DNA of 64,000 nucleotides from Nitrospirales bacterium (GTDB taxonomy: Bacteria > Nitrospirota > Nitrospiria > Nitrospirales > UBA8639), in NCBI GenBank assembly GCA_965203295.1, contig CBDBCZ010000017.1:1216001-1280000 (forward strand), in the 5' to 3' direction. A program made the translations under genes and the position numbers. Each line of letters opens with the position of its first letter. Position 1 is the stretch's first letter. Below are positions 23,580-37,700 of the stretch, one piece after another. Below the pieces are notes generated by a model, which was given only the letters and a program-made list of their open reading frames with translations, was not told where the DNA came from and made no database searches.

Positions 23580-26500
23580 ATCTTCTTCATCATATAAAAC
23601 CTCATGAAGGTGTGTTCGGGTATTATAGCTCACAACATATCCGCTGTACCACTTCTCTTCACCTTCAACCTTAAATTTGTGGAGAATTTTCTTTCCGACC
23701 AAAGAATCTGGGGAGTGGATATCTGAGTTCTCAACTATGAAGTCTGACAGTTCCTTGATAATGTCTCTCAGTGGTCGCTGCCTCCCTTTCTGAGTAAATG
23801 GCACTTTGACGCTTTGCTTTAGTACCTTCTTCCGGATGTTAATTTGCTCTCTTATTACAGCACGCTTTTTCTCTGCCTTCTTTTTAGCACTGATAGCCTC
23901 GTCATCTATTTCAGAAAGAGTGCTCTTCAGTTCAGTGGGTGATGTTATTAAATGTAATGTGGATAGTTTTTCTCCTTCTTGGGTAGCTCTCTCATTCAAT
24001 GCCTCTCGACAACATTTCTCACGAACCATTTTCTCACGTCTTTGTTTGCTTATTCGGGTTACTTCTTTCTTGTAGAGCTTTGCTACTTCCTCTCTTCTCT
24101 TGATGGCAAGGTCAATAATAGTGCTTTGCTGATCACGGGGAGGTTGGTGGAACCACTGCATGGTTTTGTTTTTCTTCACTTGAACCAGGTTAGAACGAGA
24201 CATCTGATGCAGGTTAGGGATAGCGGTTGTTAGGTAGTCATTTAAACCCAAGATGCTCTTACAAAGATCATTGGTTGGCTTATTTTCTTTAGGATAGCTT
24301 CAATAGCTGGCTCTGGTTCCCAGTACTTCCCTCCTGGTAACTGAGTCTGGGCATATGTGCACAGCTTTTCCTTCATATAGCTGATGCTCCAGCAGCAAGC
24401 AGTGGATACAAAAGTGTATCATCCCATTCATCTTCTTTAAAGATCTGTTCTTCTATGGGGTGGTACGTAGAATGTAAACGGTGATTTAGTTTTTATTAAC
24501 ACCGTAAAGTTCCTCCTCAGATGCAAAAACTTTGAAATCTTTATCCATTGCTGTCTGTGGGTTGAGTTCAACTTCCTCTAAAAATAATCGGAGTTCTAGA
24601 TAGTGCTCGTTCATGTCAAAAGCACTTTTGTCCAGGTCATTAGATTTTGCTAACATTACAAGATTGGAATATATTGGATGGAACATCAGGGCATCAGCTT
24701 TCAGCTGGGATAATTCATCTGGGTCTTGCAATTTTTTGAAAACTACTTGTTCAAGCTTGTTACCTACACTTTTACCGCTATACTGGAGAAAGTCCACAGC
24801 TGCTTCTCGAAGGAATAAAATCTTTCCTGCATTGCATGCTGTTACAAAATATCTACTTCCTACTTGTCTTTCCAACCTAACTTTGGCACACAGTTGGTAA
24901 TAAGAAGCCTTCTCAGAGCCTGAGGTAGAGGCTTCTTCTAAAAAGTCTGGAAAAGCCAACGAGCCAAGACCATACTCTGGCACACCATGCTTACCGAGTA
25001 GTTTGCAAAACTCATGAACCATTGTATCCGTCTGATGAGACTCTCTTTGCTGTACAGTGTCAGTAGAATCTGCACAAGTTAGGCTTCTCACTCCATCAAG
25101 AAATGCTTTACGAAGGTTTATGCCAAGGTGCATACTACAAAAGTTCTCTACAAGTTCAATTGCTTCCGGGCACATAGCACCAAACCTCTCTTCGTCTTTC
25201 TCCCTTTCTTCTTGCAAAAGTTTATTGAATCTTTTCTGTGTAGAGGCTGAGTCTGATGATGAAGATACTATCAAGGTCCAGTTTATTTTATCAGCATTTG
25301 GCAATTTCAGTGCGTGAGCTATATCCCTTTAAGCTTCTGCAGTTCTTGAGATACATCATCAATCGTGCTGTCCGCACTTCCATCTGGTACTTCACCACCA
25401 ATGGCAGCTCCTTCATGTTTCTTCTGTGACTTTGTGGTTCCATCAGTGTTCAAGTGTAAAGCTCCTGACTTGGCTTGCTCAAGGATGGATGTTACAGTAG
25501 CCTTATGTGCCAAGCTTACAGTAGTTAGCTCTTGTCTTCTCATATAGGATGCACAAGACTCACTTGGTAACTGCAGATGTGTTAAGTCTAACGAGGGTAA
25601 GAAACACTTCAGAATGGACCTAATGTAGTTGAAATTTTAGCAGGTGGTAATTGATTGGCAAGCAAAGTGTAATAGAGCTCCCTTACAGCGGGTGTGTACA
25701 CTTTACCACCATCTTTTGATTCAAGCTTTTGTCTACTTTTTTGTGCTTGCTTTTGTGCACAATCGCGTTGTTTTTGAGTAGATTGCAGTCTATTAGTGAT
25801 GTCCTTTAGAGCATGGTTTGTATGATAGTGACATCAAGTTCTGCCCTTGCTATTTCCACTTCTCTTTTCATCACAATTAACTCTTGTTCTTGCTCCTTTA
25901 TTTTTGCTGACAGTTCTTCAATCTCAGTCAAACACCCACTGACTTCCGTTTGTAGGTGCTCATTGACAATTGTTGCATGCAGACTATACCACATTAATTC
26001 TTTGTCAGAAAATGCTACTTTTCGGATAAACTGGAAAATGTTGTCAAGGCGGCCAGATGCATTCTTTCTACGCAGCTCTGGGTCAATACGGATACGGAAA
26101 TTTCCAATTGCTGTTTTTGTTACAGAGCGTGATGGAGGCCACTTCCTTAGGAAATTGTGCATGTATAGTTCCCTATAAAATCCAACTGTAAGAATTTCAT
26201 TTAGTGACCAGCATACAATGGCATGCGTTTCATGATCCTGACAAGGCTGTAAAAAGGCTTTCTTTAGCACCTCTTCAGTGAGGCCATACTGGTGTAGTTC
26301 AGCAGGAAAGGATATGCAACCTGAGCATGAAGAAGCAAAAGCTATGTCAAATATAAAGTTTCCCCTCTGTGCTATTGCCGAGCATGCATGCAAGAAGCAA
26401 TGGAATGAAATGTGTTGCATGCAGACTCTGTGTACTATAGTTTTTATGTAAGGCTGACATTTCCTGTTTTTACGTGGCCAGCCATATCATGCAGAGGACA

Positions 26501-26948
26501 ATAAGTTGCGAGAAAGTGGGAGTACAAGCATGCTCAGCTCTATTGGTACTTCCTGTAAAGCCCTTTGAAGCAATATGAAATGGGCCGTTAGGTATATTGA
26601 CACCGAAAGCCGTACCTTCATGTCCTAGTTATTGAGTTATTAAAAACTATAACAAGCCCGGTGTTGCCTTCATAGTATTGCTAGCTAGCATACCTTGTGT
26701 ATTCCTTATCCTTGGTACCCAGCGTCTCTTCAAATAGGAACGCAATGGAGAACCGTTCAGCAGATGGCCTTGTTAACGTTGGAGCAGCTATCTTCCTAAC
26801 CGTGTCATAAAAATGGCTTGGGCGATGGGAATGTGAGGAAATTCATTGTCACAACGAGTTCAGCAAGGGACGTTTCGGTCCCTCCCTCTGTTTCTGCATC
26901 CTTGAGGATTCTTACGAGTTCTCCGTATGTAGGTTCACGTGCAGCCAT
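23580..26948 (-). pseudogene. Decayed DDE transposase (CxxH class, Kolobok/hAT-like group) with a C-terminal Tudor-like segment, copy 1
   Basis: Frameshifted ORF pieces with HLNTDGTTK, SSDSASTQK, NFCSMHLG, VGSRYF and PTNDLC.SILG; ends LVGKKILHKF...WYSGYVVSY...HEVLYDE. Confidence 0.75.
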
Positions 26949-27978
26949 ATACTGCTAGAAGGTAGATACCGGCCAAATTATAACATTGAGGTCGACACAA
27001 AAAGTTTTCTATTGCATTAAATCACAGACTGCTGGTCACTGTTGTTTAAGTCCTCACTTATCATGACTGAATGTACATGTAGCCTATCCAGCAACAAGAA
27101 ACCCCAAAGATACCTTAGAAGCTTGTAGTACTATACAGTCCCACACTTGCTAGTGAGCGTCACTCAAAGACATCTCAACCAGATGGCAAGCAACAACTAA
27201 AATTTACCTCATTTGCTGCACTTACTATATAGGCCTAGTGCTTCTAAAATTTACCCAAAGGGAGATGGTTGCATGAAATTGGTATACACCACACGAAACT
27301 CACAGTAGCTTTGCTCACGCGCTTACCGGTAAGGTACTTTTGCGCTTTGGAAGAGCTTAAATCACGACTAATGCGCTCCAAATGAAGTATGGATTATAGA
27401 AGGACTTTCAAATGTTCAAACTGCTCAGTTTTACCTGACGTCATACCCATCACAATTTTGACCTTTAACCTTCGCGCTTCCGGGGTTTGAAGGTGCGGTT
27501 GTGATACTACGTTGGAGTCTAGTATACCACGATAGTTCAAGACCCGATTCTCAAAGATCGATTTTTCACATTGGGGACCCTACAAAGGACATTCTTGTAT
27601 CACTTGTATTGACAAATTGTGCTATAGCACTTATCTGAAGACAGTAGCGTGTGACAACTCCGAGGTAGCAACGTTCTGTTGTAGGCTCGACAGCTGCTGT
27701 CACCAAACGGTCACCTTGGGACAGTCTTGACAGCCACTATCAACAGACAAAGTAAGCAGAATAAATAGTAGTCTAGCTAGCTAAAATAGTACTGCTTACC
27801 GGTGTATGAATTTAATATAGACTTACAATACGGTAAAATTACGAAAAGTTAATGCACTTATCTTGCCAAAGACCGACAACTCCAAGATTAGGTTGCCAAG
27901 AAGAAATGACAAACTCTCTCTCGACACGGAACGCTGTTGCGATAGCGGTCGAGATCGAATTAACGCCCTACGGTTAAG

Positions 27979-28023
27979 CATGGATAATATAGTACACGTA
28001 CTACGTGTACTATATTATCCATG
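27979..28023. mobile_element. 45-bp perfect palindromic mini-element
   Basis: CATGGATAATATAGTACACGTA-C-TACGTGTACTATATTATCCATG flanked by a 7-bp direct repeat GGTTAAG; absent from copy 2 (about 47603). Confidence 0.85.
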
Positions 28024-30603
28024 GGTTAAGGTAGCTACGTAGCGCTCGTTCTGTGACACGTCTGTGACGATTAGTGCGCATAAACGCATGATGTCACGTA
28101 TAGCTAATAGCGTTCCATTGAGAAGAATACGGAAGGTATGCAGAGGTTTACGATATCTGGCCTACAGAATGTTTTATAGCTTCAAGGGGACGGGTGGAGA
28201 TGCCGCCTCAAAAACCTTGGTTTGCAAGTATGGAGCTGTGCAGCAGAAGATTGGGCTTAAATGCAACGAATTCTCAGTGAGGTTGCAAAAAACTTAGCAA
28301 AGCTACGGTATGGTGGCGGTTTTACCACTCAGATTCAAGCTATTTTCTTTTGAAAACAGCTAAATTTACACAAGATCACTCATCGAGGCGTTTTCCGCCA
28401 ACATACCTAATTGCATTCCACTATTAGCGCACGTGATCGGTTCCAACCTCCTCAGGAGCGCACTGTATATCACGTTGGAGAATCAGTTTGTTCGTTATGA
28501 AGATTATGTTGTCGTGGACATGCGCGCTCGAAAATGAAGTTCAATCGTGCTAAAATCACGGTGATTGCTTGAAGCGATTTTGAGCTAGCCTCGTTGAAGA
28601 ATAAGAAACCAGAATTAGAAGATGAACAAACTGGTATTTCAGCCGCCTTCCAGTTTTCTATTTTAACGAAGCTTTTTGGCGACTTTGGGAGCCTTGTTGG
28701 TTGCAGAAACCCCCAAAAATGAAGGTTAGGTCCCTATTAAAGCTTAAAAGTTATTTTTTGGAGAGATTTGGAAACTTCGATTTTATATTGCGTATACGGA
28801 GTGTCCGTGCCATCCCTACATAGAGAGTCTACCGACTCTCTGATACACTGAGGTACCTCTAGTTAACGTTTGTAATTCAGGCTACCAAAGAAACACAAAA
28901 GAAAAATGAGGACATGAGGGAGGTAAAGCTTATTGATTTTGCCATGTTGTTTTCCGGTCCTAGCTTCAGTTTTCTGATAGTAAGAAAATTCATACCGTAC
29001 TTGTAGATTGTATCGAAAGTACTCCTGGTAAGCATGCAGGCATGGGCCGGGATGAGCTCAAAAGCGCCTATGATCCTGGCAAGCCATGCAGGTACTAGTC
29101 TCGTGCCCAGCCCCACGCTAGAAAGTGGGTCTGGCTCCCCGTATATTCGAAGTTGGGTTAGCGTTACATCACATTACATCACCAAACGGATAGTGTCTAC
29201 GTGGCCATTTGTGTAGATATCCGGATACTGCAACCGTTTAGTGATGTATATAAGTAACCAATCACATTGCCGTTCCAGATCTGGGACCGCTGACGTAATA
29301 TTAATGCTGCCCCAACTTTGAATATACGGGGAGCCAGACCCACCTTCCTAACGTGGGGCTCAACAAAAAGTTAGGGTTGTTTTCACCAAACTTAGACTAT
29401 AATTATAGTAGGCATAATCTTTGAAATCCCATTGGATAGGTCATGAGTCTCAGATCTAAATCCCATATATCCATGCATGCATGGGGTTTACGTATATAAA
29501 TCCCATTCCATGCGAGATGGACATATTTTGGTAACAGTACAGTAGTAATGGGTCGGTATATAGTCTAAATAACTTAGATGCCTCGACCAATGCATGGGAT
29601 CTACGAGATTAAGAAACCCTCAATCCTGGTGTCTAAGTTAAACCTATATTTGGTTACCTCAGTTACAGTTCAAGGGTAACCACATTTTCCACCATGCAGG
29701 CTTGACCATATAAAGGCACAGCCAGACAGCTATAACCTGTATATAGCATACAGTTCCAGTTAGGAAGCCAGTCATGCTATTCCTGTAAAATATGTATTAT
29801 TGTAGGAATAAGTAGCTATTAGTAAACAATATTCCTGTGACTGGCTTCCTAATGGAACTTGCTTTAAATGTGGCATGTGGTGAGTGAACCATCTGGGATC
29901 TGATGCCCACATATTATACACAACAGACATGTTTCCTGTAACTCCTGTATTAGTTACAGGAATAACATGTTTCTGTAAATATGCATTGTTGTAAAAAATA
30001 ACATGATTCCTGTGACTGCATGGCTTCATAACTGGAACTCCTGTAATAATGTATAACATTGTGGTGTGTGAGCCACCTGGGATCTGATGCCAACATACAC
30101 AACAGTTGTAGGGAAAGCAAAGTGGTTGCCTTTGTTGAGGGAACCTATAACCACTGTGTTATTTCTGCAACAACGTATCAGGTGACCCACTTTCCTGCAA
30201 CTATAGCAACTGTACATGTACTGCCTAATTCCTATACCATTCCTACATAGCCTCGGCTAGTCCTACATACTCAGACGTCCAACTAACTACATGTAATAAC
30301 AGAGAGATATTTGAAAGATGCATTGATCAAATCGAATAATACAGCAATAATGCTTCCTTATTATTATGCTAAACACAAGGACTAGGAAATGAGTATATAG
30401 GAATTTAAAATGCACTCTGTCTCAGTTTGTAAAAAAGTGAATCAAAGCGATTAATCATAATTATACCTGGGTATACTAGTAACAGTATTCTATAAGAAAG
30501 CAATTTCCTCCAAACTATTGGTACCACAAATTATTGTCAATGAGCTACTTCCACTATGGTTCAAGTTCAGGGGTATCAGTCTCCTGAATCCAATATGAGT
30601 TAA

Positions 30604-31249
30604 GGTTAGGACCAACCGGAAGTTTTCTACGCTCGCGCACGCCGCTTGTACCTATGGCAACCTTCAATAATACAATACTTCATGTATTATGATAAGTAAT
30701 ACTTTCATGTACTAAGTGAAAGCGTTAGGGGGTTGCCAGAAGATTCTGTCGCGGTAAATCCCAGGACTCGTGAGCTACCTGTAGGTCTGATTCGCGGATA
30801 TGCTAAACTTCTAAGGGGTCTACATGTCCAGACATCGAGAATGAAGACTTATCGCCTTTTTCCAGGGCGTACAGAGCCGACTTTAAAAATCCACAATCGC
30901 GGCCATTACTCTCTAACGGAAGGCGATAAGTCGTCATTCTCAATGTCTGGACATGTAACCTATAGACCTACAGATACAGCCGTGGCTTCAGCTACATCTG
31001 TCTCTTGGATTCGGAGGGATTTACCGCGAATGCGTTTCGAGCTGGTAAGTGAATATAGCGCCTGTACGGTGGAAAGACTGCACGCTTCGACAAAAATTTT
31101 GTTTCTGGGCTTTCTCCAGTTTCTATACTCTAGCCCTTGCATAGTTTTGTGGCCTTGCATTGCCGCGTTGTCGAGCTATGAACGTCAAAACCGTACACGG
31201 TCATGAATTTTTAATATTAAATTTTCTCCACTTCCGGTTGGGCCTAACC
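30604..31249. mobile_element. Kolobok-like non-autonomous element
   Basis: TTAA TSD, GG...CC termini, 20-bp TIR GGTTAGG(A/C)CCAACCGGAAGT; absent from copy 2. Confidence 0.85.
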
Positions 31250-31624
31250 TTAATGCAACTTATGTAATGTCCTGACTCGACTCCTGACTTCTGAGTTCAT
31301 AGAGTTACCACACCACATACTTTCTGCAGTGAGAAAATCGTCTATCATTTTGTGATAGCAGCCACTGCAGCTGAAGCCTCATGTTTGCTGTAGTGCATGC
31401 AACAAAGACTCATGGCATGTATTAAACAACAATTGGTGGTGTAAATCACATACTTGATTAGTAGCAGTACATTTACCTCAGACTATTGTCAAGAGTGCGA
31501 TTATTTCCATATTTGCACACTTTTTGTGATCATAATTAACATGGAATCATATTGGCTTGTAGTGCAATCCAGGCCACGTGATCAGAGCGGTATCCACCTC
31601 TTGCGCATGCGCGAACGTGCTGGA

Positions 31625-31695
31625 ATTTGATTGGTTGGTACTGTTACCGCACCGTAGAAGGCATACACCCTCTGTAAGCGCGTGTATAAAAGAGA
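31625..31695 (+). promoter_or_regulatory. CCAAT box (ATTGG) and TATA box of oxidase copy 1; same motifs at 55380-55445
   Basis: GATTGG at about 31630 and GTATAAAAG at about 31684, roughly 80 nt before the ATG. Confidence 0.55.
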
Positions 31696-31766
31696 GATAC
31701 AATTCTTCATTTCTCACAATTCAAACGTGCCTGTTTATAAGCCTGCGCAGTAACCTATTCTGCGAA

Positions 31767-34700
31767 ATGGCAGCAAGCGATGTTTCACGTTCTGGACGAA
31801 CAGCTGCAGAAAACATCAAGTTTCATATTGCCGCTGAGAGGTCTGAATTGAGCAGCACATTGCCTGCCTTCATCATCAACAAACCTCAGAGTGTGCATGC
31901 AGACGTCATCGGCTTGAGTGAAGGAGAGCTGATTTCCAGCAATGCGGATCTTGCTGTAACCCTCGCGCCGAAGCGGGCTGCACTTCAGCAAAAAGTCGAT
32001 CATGTTAATCTCGCTATTGGACTGACGAACTTCAAGAACTGGGGAGAAACAATGCAAAACCTCCTTCTGTATGCGAAACCAACCGAGGTGACGCAGGTCA
32101 AAGCGCTTGTGGCAGCTGCTAATGAACTGGACATCAAGGTGGGTGAAAACAATTAGGCTGATGAGGATCTATGCATGTAGTTGTGGCATGTGGCAGTTTT
32201 TGCAGCGCTGAGGCTCAGAGTGCAAGTAAAGCGCCGTACTAGAATTTATATAGGTGGGAAAAATTTTACTAGGAAATATTTCGCCAAATACAGTTGCGAA
32301 GTTGTTTTTTTTTTTCGGACTTATTTTCGCGCATGCCTACAGTACGCCTCCGAGTTCATTTGACGCGCAGTTAAGCTCGAGTAACGGGATAGATCTCCAG
32401 AAATTGAGAGATTTCCGCCATACTGCAAGTTCTACCACGTCACAGTGAGCTCACTGACCTCGCAGGCCATATAATCTCGCATAGTCATGGAAGTATTAAA
32501 CTTTGCTAGCTACTGGCGAATCGACAATAATATATTAAGACAACAAGTTCGCTTTTAGAAGAGCCGCAGATGCGGCATTCATTAGCGGAAAACTTTTCCC
32601 GCGGGTTGTTAATTTTTGCCATGCACTTGTATACAACTTACAATTGGGACACTGACGAATGGCGAAATTGTGGGTAGCTATATCATACTTACCTTGGGGG
32701 AAATCCTTCGAATATCAGAGGTAGCTTGTAATTACTATGACTGTATATATGGAAGAGGACGAGGAGTATGCTGCAGCTATACAGTATCAGTACCGGTATG
32801 TAATTATAGACCAACCCATTCTAAATGTTATGAATGCGCTAGCCGAAGTAGCTGTAGAAATAAATAGGTTGTTATAACTTCTGAGTAGTTACTGCAGTAA
32901 CTGTGCAGTTGCAGGGTACAATAATTTAAGGTAATATACTATGGTATGGCTAGAATGAGTCTCCCTTAATTATTGTTGATGTAGCTACAATGTACATGCA
33001 AAGAAAAGTCATGCACCCTCACTTATTATAATCCCAGATGTTCACTCACCACATAATAACAAGTGGTTAGCTTCCCTTCTTAGCTACATGGAAACTATAT
33101 GTTATAATAGATCATATTTCCCCCAGGCAGGCACACTATTCTTTTTAATTTTCCCATTATTCTAATCCCCAATTCTTTTATTTTGCCCTATTATTTTTTT
33201 CCATTGTTCTTATTTTTACCCTATCATTCTTTTCCTTTATCACGAGCCATATGCAGCAGACGGAATTTAGGATGTGTTTCTACCTTTTAGTACAAGTCAT
33301 ATAGTGGGTTTCTCTGCTTCACTACACTTGGCTTTGGAATTATTGATGGAATTCACAGCCACTTATATTCCCACCACTTTACTTCAGACTAATTACGAGT
33401 CCTTTGACCTAGGGAAGGCCTTACAGACAGTTCTTATCAAAACAATCACCTATTTATTCTCGCTTCTATGTATACACCTATTATTCCTAAAGAAATTCCC
33501 GAATAATGTGCGAAACAGTTAGCCCTCAGTGGAGCTGTTACTAATTTATAGTGCGTTTATGAATTCAATGACTTCTATTCCTGAATAGATGGGAATGGGC
33601 GGGGCCTACCACACGTGGTCGCCGACCTACCCAGATGCTGGAGGGTTACTCATCAACACCTGTGACCTTAAACTTGAAAAGCCTGAAACAAGTGATGGCA
33701 ACCGCCGAATTGATTATGACAGTATGTATACTGCTATTAAAGTAATAGTCGTTTAATTAGTGTTGTTTTAGTTAACTAAAACTAAAAACAAAAAGTATTT
33801 CAATTAAAAATTTTCACCAAAATCAATGCAATTAGCTACATGACATTGTATAATAGTGTTAGTAACCCTTTTTTAATTTCAGTTCCCCAACTGAAACTTA
33901 ACTTTCATACTGTAATAGCCTTTTTACTAAACTAAATCTAATCATGTGAAGCCATACTAAAACAACACTGATTTTAACGGACTGTCATAAGATGGTCTGT
34001 ACATTATATTTGCACATTCCCTATAGTCTTCAACAAGTTGTACAGTGGAACCCCTCTACTGGGGACACCTGTATAGTATAGAGAGGTGTCCTCATTTCAG
34101 GGGTAAATTTACAGCATATTTGAGATGTAGCAAAATGTCCTTAATACATTATCATAGGCATCCTTATTTCAGGGGTGTCCTATTAAGAGGGGTTCCGCTG
34201 TTACGGTATTATGCTTCATGTTCATTTGATGCAGAGGACAATAAGAGGGTCACTATTTCACCTGGTGTTACTGTTGGAGAGCTCATGAGTTTTTTTCTGA
34301 ACCACGAAATCTGCTTTGAGTCTAATGTCATCTTACCAACCGTCACTTATGGTGGGACATTCAGTGGAGGGTGTCATGTACGTGCATTTAGTGTAAAAGT
34401 TTGATTAGAAGTGCAGCAACTGCATGTACCTATAGTATGGCTTTATATAGCGATGGCCCGTTTAGGAAACTCGATGCTTGTGAAATGTATCATTTGGGTG
34501 CGGTGCAGGTAGAAAATAGCAACATTTCTACAAATGTGAATTAAAAAGGCTTTTCACAAAGACTGAGGGCTCAACAAAGGGTATTATTAAAGTAGCAGCT
34601 TGCAATAAACTGTAATTGCAACAAACCTCGGTAATGACAAAATCCCTCATTTAGAACATAATTCAAACACACATTCGGTTGAGTATCAGCTAGCTTATCA

Positions 34701-37700
34701 CACTTCTAGGCATTTTGTATTCCTTCTACACATGCTATATACCTTGACAAGGCCCTCTGATGAGTCTTCATGAAGCCTCCGTGAAAACTAAAAACTCCTT
34801 TTTTACCATTCAGCCGACTTTCAAATGACAATGTCACGGCAGTGCACGTGATATAAGGTTTCTAAAAATCTATTCTTGCACATACGTAGGGCACCGGAAA
34901 AGACCAGGAGAGCATATCTGACTGGATTGTATCGATGAAGGTGGTTGATGGAGAAGGGGAGCTCCGGCAGCTACCTCCTGAATCACTTCCCCCCGGAGTA
35001 ACAATGAATTCTGATCAAATCCTGAAAGCGGCTCAAGTCAATCTCGGTCTGTTTGGTGTCGCAGTCGAGTACACGGTAACGGTGAAACCAATGTCCAATT
35101 GCCGAGTGCAGAACATCTTTGACCAGACCCTGCAGGTAATAATTATTTTAATTTAATTAACCCTTTATCAACCATAAGAAACAGCTTAAATAAGCAGAAA
35201 AGCCTGTACAAAGTGTTAACGCCTAGTATTAAACCCCCCATATAAATTCATATGGGCTTATGGGAGCTCATGACGCAGATATGCGTCATTGGTTGGTAAA
35301 GAGTTAAATAAAAAAGCTCTCAGGTTATTTCCCGAGTACAATAATCATTGCCTATATGGCTCAGAATCTGTGTCGTTGTTGTAAATGTACATGCATATTT
35401 TTTTTGCCTTGGAGTGAAGCCACATGTTTGTAATGGAGCGAATAGGACATTCTTGCCTAACAATGTGCACGTGATATGTACAAGTCATAACAGTATGTTG
35501 TATACATGTAGACTAAGCTATTCTGTCTTATATATTTATGCTGTGTACACCTGCATAATATGTGACTAAATAAGCCCTGTATTTTGTGAAATTTGGGCCG
35601 GAAATGCTGGCGGAGCACGTACCAGTGTACACTGTCGTCCATGTACAAATCCATTGCAGCAGTGGCTGCTCTTTTGAAAAATGTTTCAAACTGAGTCGTT
35701 TCTTTATTTGTAATTTCTCCAGCATCATGGCTCATAGCTTCTTTTTTTCTTGCCATAACTATAGCTGGCTCAATAATTCAGCTATCCCCTGTGTACGTGT
35801 TAGGCCTTGTCCACACTGGGGGGGTTAAAAAAGCACTGTATGCCCCTGCAAAAAATAATCATACTTTTGTCTTGCACTACATGCATCTTTCAAACTACAC
35901 GAGGCATATAGTGCGCTTATGACTGTATCAGTAAAAAGTTTAATTCTCTGTTTCAATGCAGGATGTCGTTTCACCACCACCTTGTCCACCACCTTGTCCA
36001 GGGACACCCGTTCCAGTAAGTTATACATGTACTTTGATGTACTGTGTCGTGCAAATTAGGGTTCTCAAACAGTTTTGGTTGTTGTCAAGAGTAAGTTTTA
36101 TGATGCTACCTATCTTGAACAGACAGAAAGTCTGGCCGCCCTCCTGAAGAAGTACTGGTCTGTGGAGATCTTCTGGTTTCCATTCAATAGTCTTCTTGAC
36201 TGGGTGGGCAATATGGTGCCTACGGAATCTGGCCGGCAGCTCAACGTTGCTGCATTTCCTGAGCCACCTGCTGCTGATACTAAACTAGTAAGAAATTATG
36301 CACAGAGTGCATGAGCCACCAGGCGGGGAAGCATATAGTGTTGTTTTGGTACTCCATTCTAAAAGCATACTGTCTTATACTACAAGAGCACATAAAATAG
36401 TGCAGGAAAATTATTATGTATGTGCTCTTGTAGTATAACATGATGGAATATACCATGACAACTCGAAATTTTCTTAGCGTCAGCACACTCTATAATGTAT
36501 ATATTGACAGAAGCATACATAATTGGAGTCTCAACTCCTATGCATGCATTCAGCTCAGTATACTGCCTTTGGTGGCACATGGACCCCTAATACTGTACAC
36601 AGTGCTGTATTATTATGGTTTTGCAAGTTAAGTCTCCCTAACAAATAATCAAACTTTCATATAATAGCGAGAGGAAGCTGGACTGAGCCCCAGTAACATA
36701 CTGACCTGGCTTTGGTCTCCTTGGAACGACAAGCTTTGGATTCGGGGTATCAATATCGATAGAATTGGAACAACAAAAGTAACTCTCGAGTAAGGCACTT
36801 CTATTGTATTCTCATGCCATCTTTGAATTAATTAAGTGGGTGTAACTGAAAGACCCCCCCCCCCCCAGTTAGTATCAACAAGACTTGGTTTAATCCAATC
36901 CAAGAATACTACCACCCTTATCACTATAAATTAATTGAAGGGCTGAGAACCAGAGTGGTCTAACCCAATTAAAGAAACTTCCTCCTCCCAAACTTGAGAC
37001 AAAAAATATTATGTGAATACCTGATCTGAGTAGCTATGGGGGTAGGAGTTAGACCACAAAGTGGTGATTTGTTACTCCTACATTGTATGATATTTGGCAT
37101 TCCATATAAATTATGTACAAATTGTGAGTCTTTAATCTAGCCACATGGGACTAAACATAGAAACTGGAGTGAGGTTCCTGGAACCTTCTCCAGTTACTAT
37201 GTTGAGTCCCTTGATAGCAGATGAAAGACTCACAAAAATGTACTACATGTCAAGTGACACCACTTCGAGGTCTGACTCCTACCTACATACAGCAATGAAA
37301 GATTTCACATTTTTTGTCATACACTCATACACTTTAAAGTACAATTATGCACTTTCAGTAGCTACTTCATTTGAGTTGGCCCACTATGGCTCTCAGCCCT
37401 TCAATTGACATTGAATTCTGCTTTGTGATGATTTTCTCATTCATTGCAGCCCTGGAGTGCCTTTCTGGAGCAAGGTGATGGATGCTGCCATGGGAACAGT
37501 GGGCAAGCGCTTTCTCACTCCCCTGATTCAAAATTTCCCTGGAGTCACTCCGTTCACCCTCCTGGGTGCGTTTCAGCAATTGAAATTCCAGTATGGCACC
37601 ATGCAAGGTGATGAAGTGGTGCGCACTCCATGGGCTATCCACTATCGCGATGCCATCGATCTCATGCCGGTCTACGACGTCGAATTTGCCTTCCCTATTG

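Noticed and set aside
30733..31206. 157-aa ORF
   Set aside because: Inside a non-autonomous element, TTG start, no transposase motifs.
31578..31766. N-terminal extension of the oxidase suggested by the ORF track
   Set aside because: Begins at GTG and spans the CCAAT/TATA region; ATG 31767 is the plausible start.
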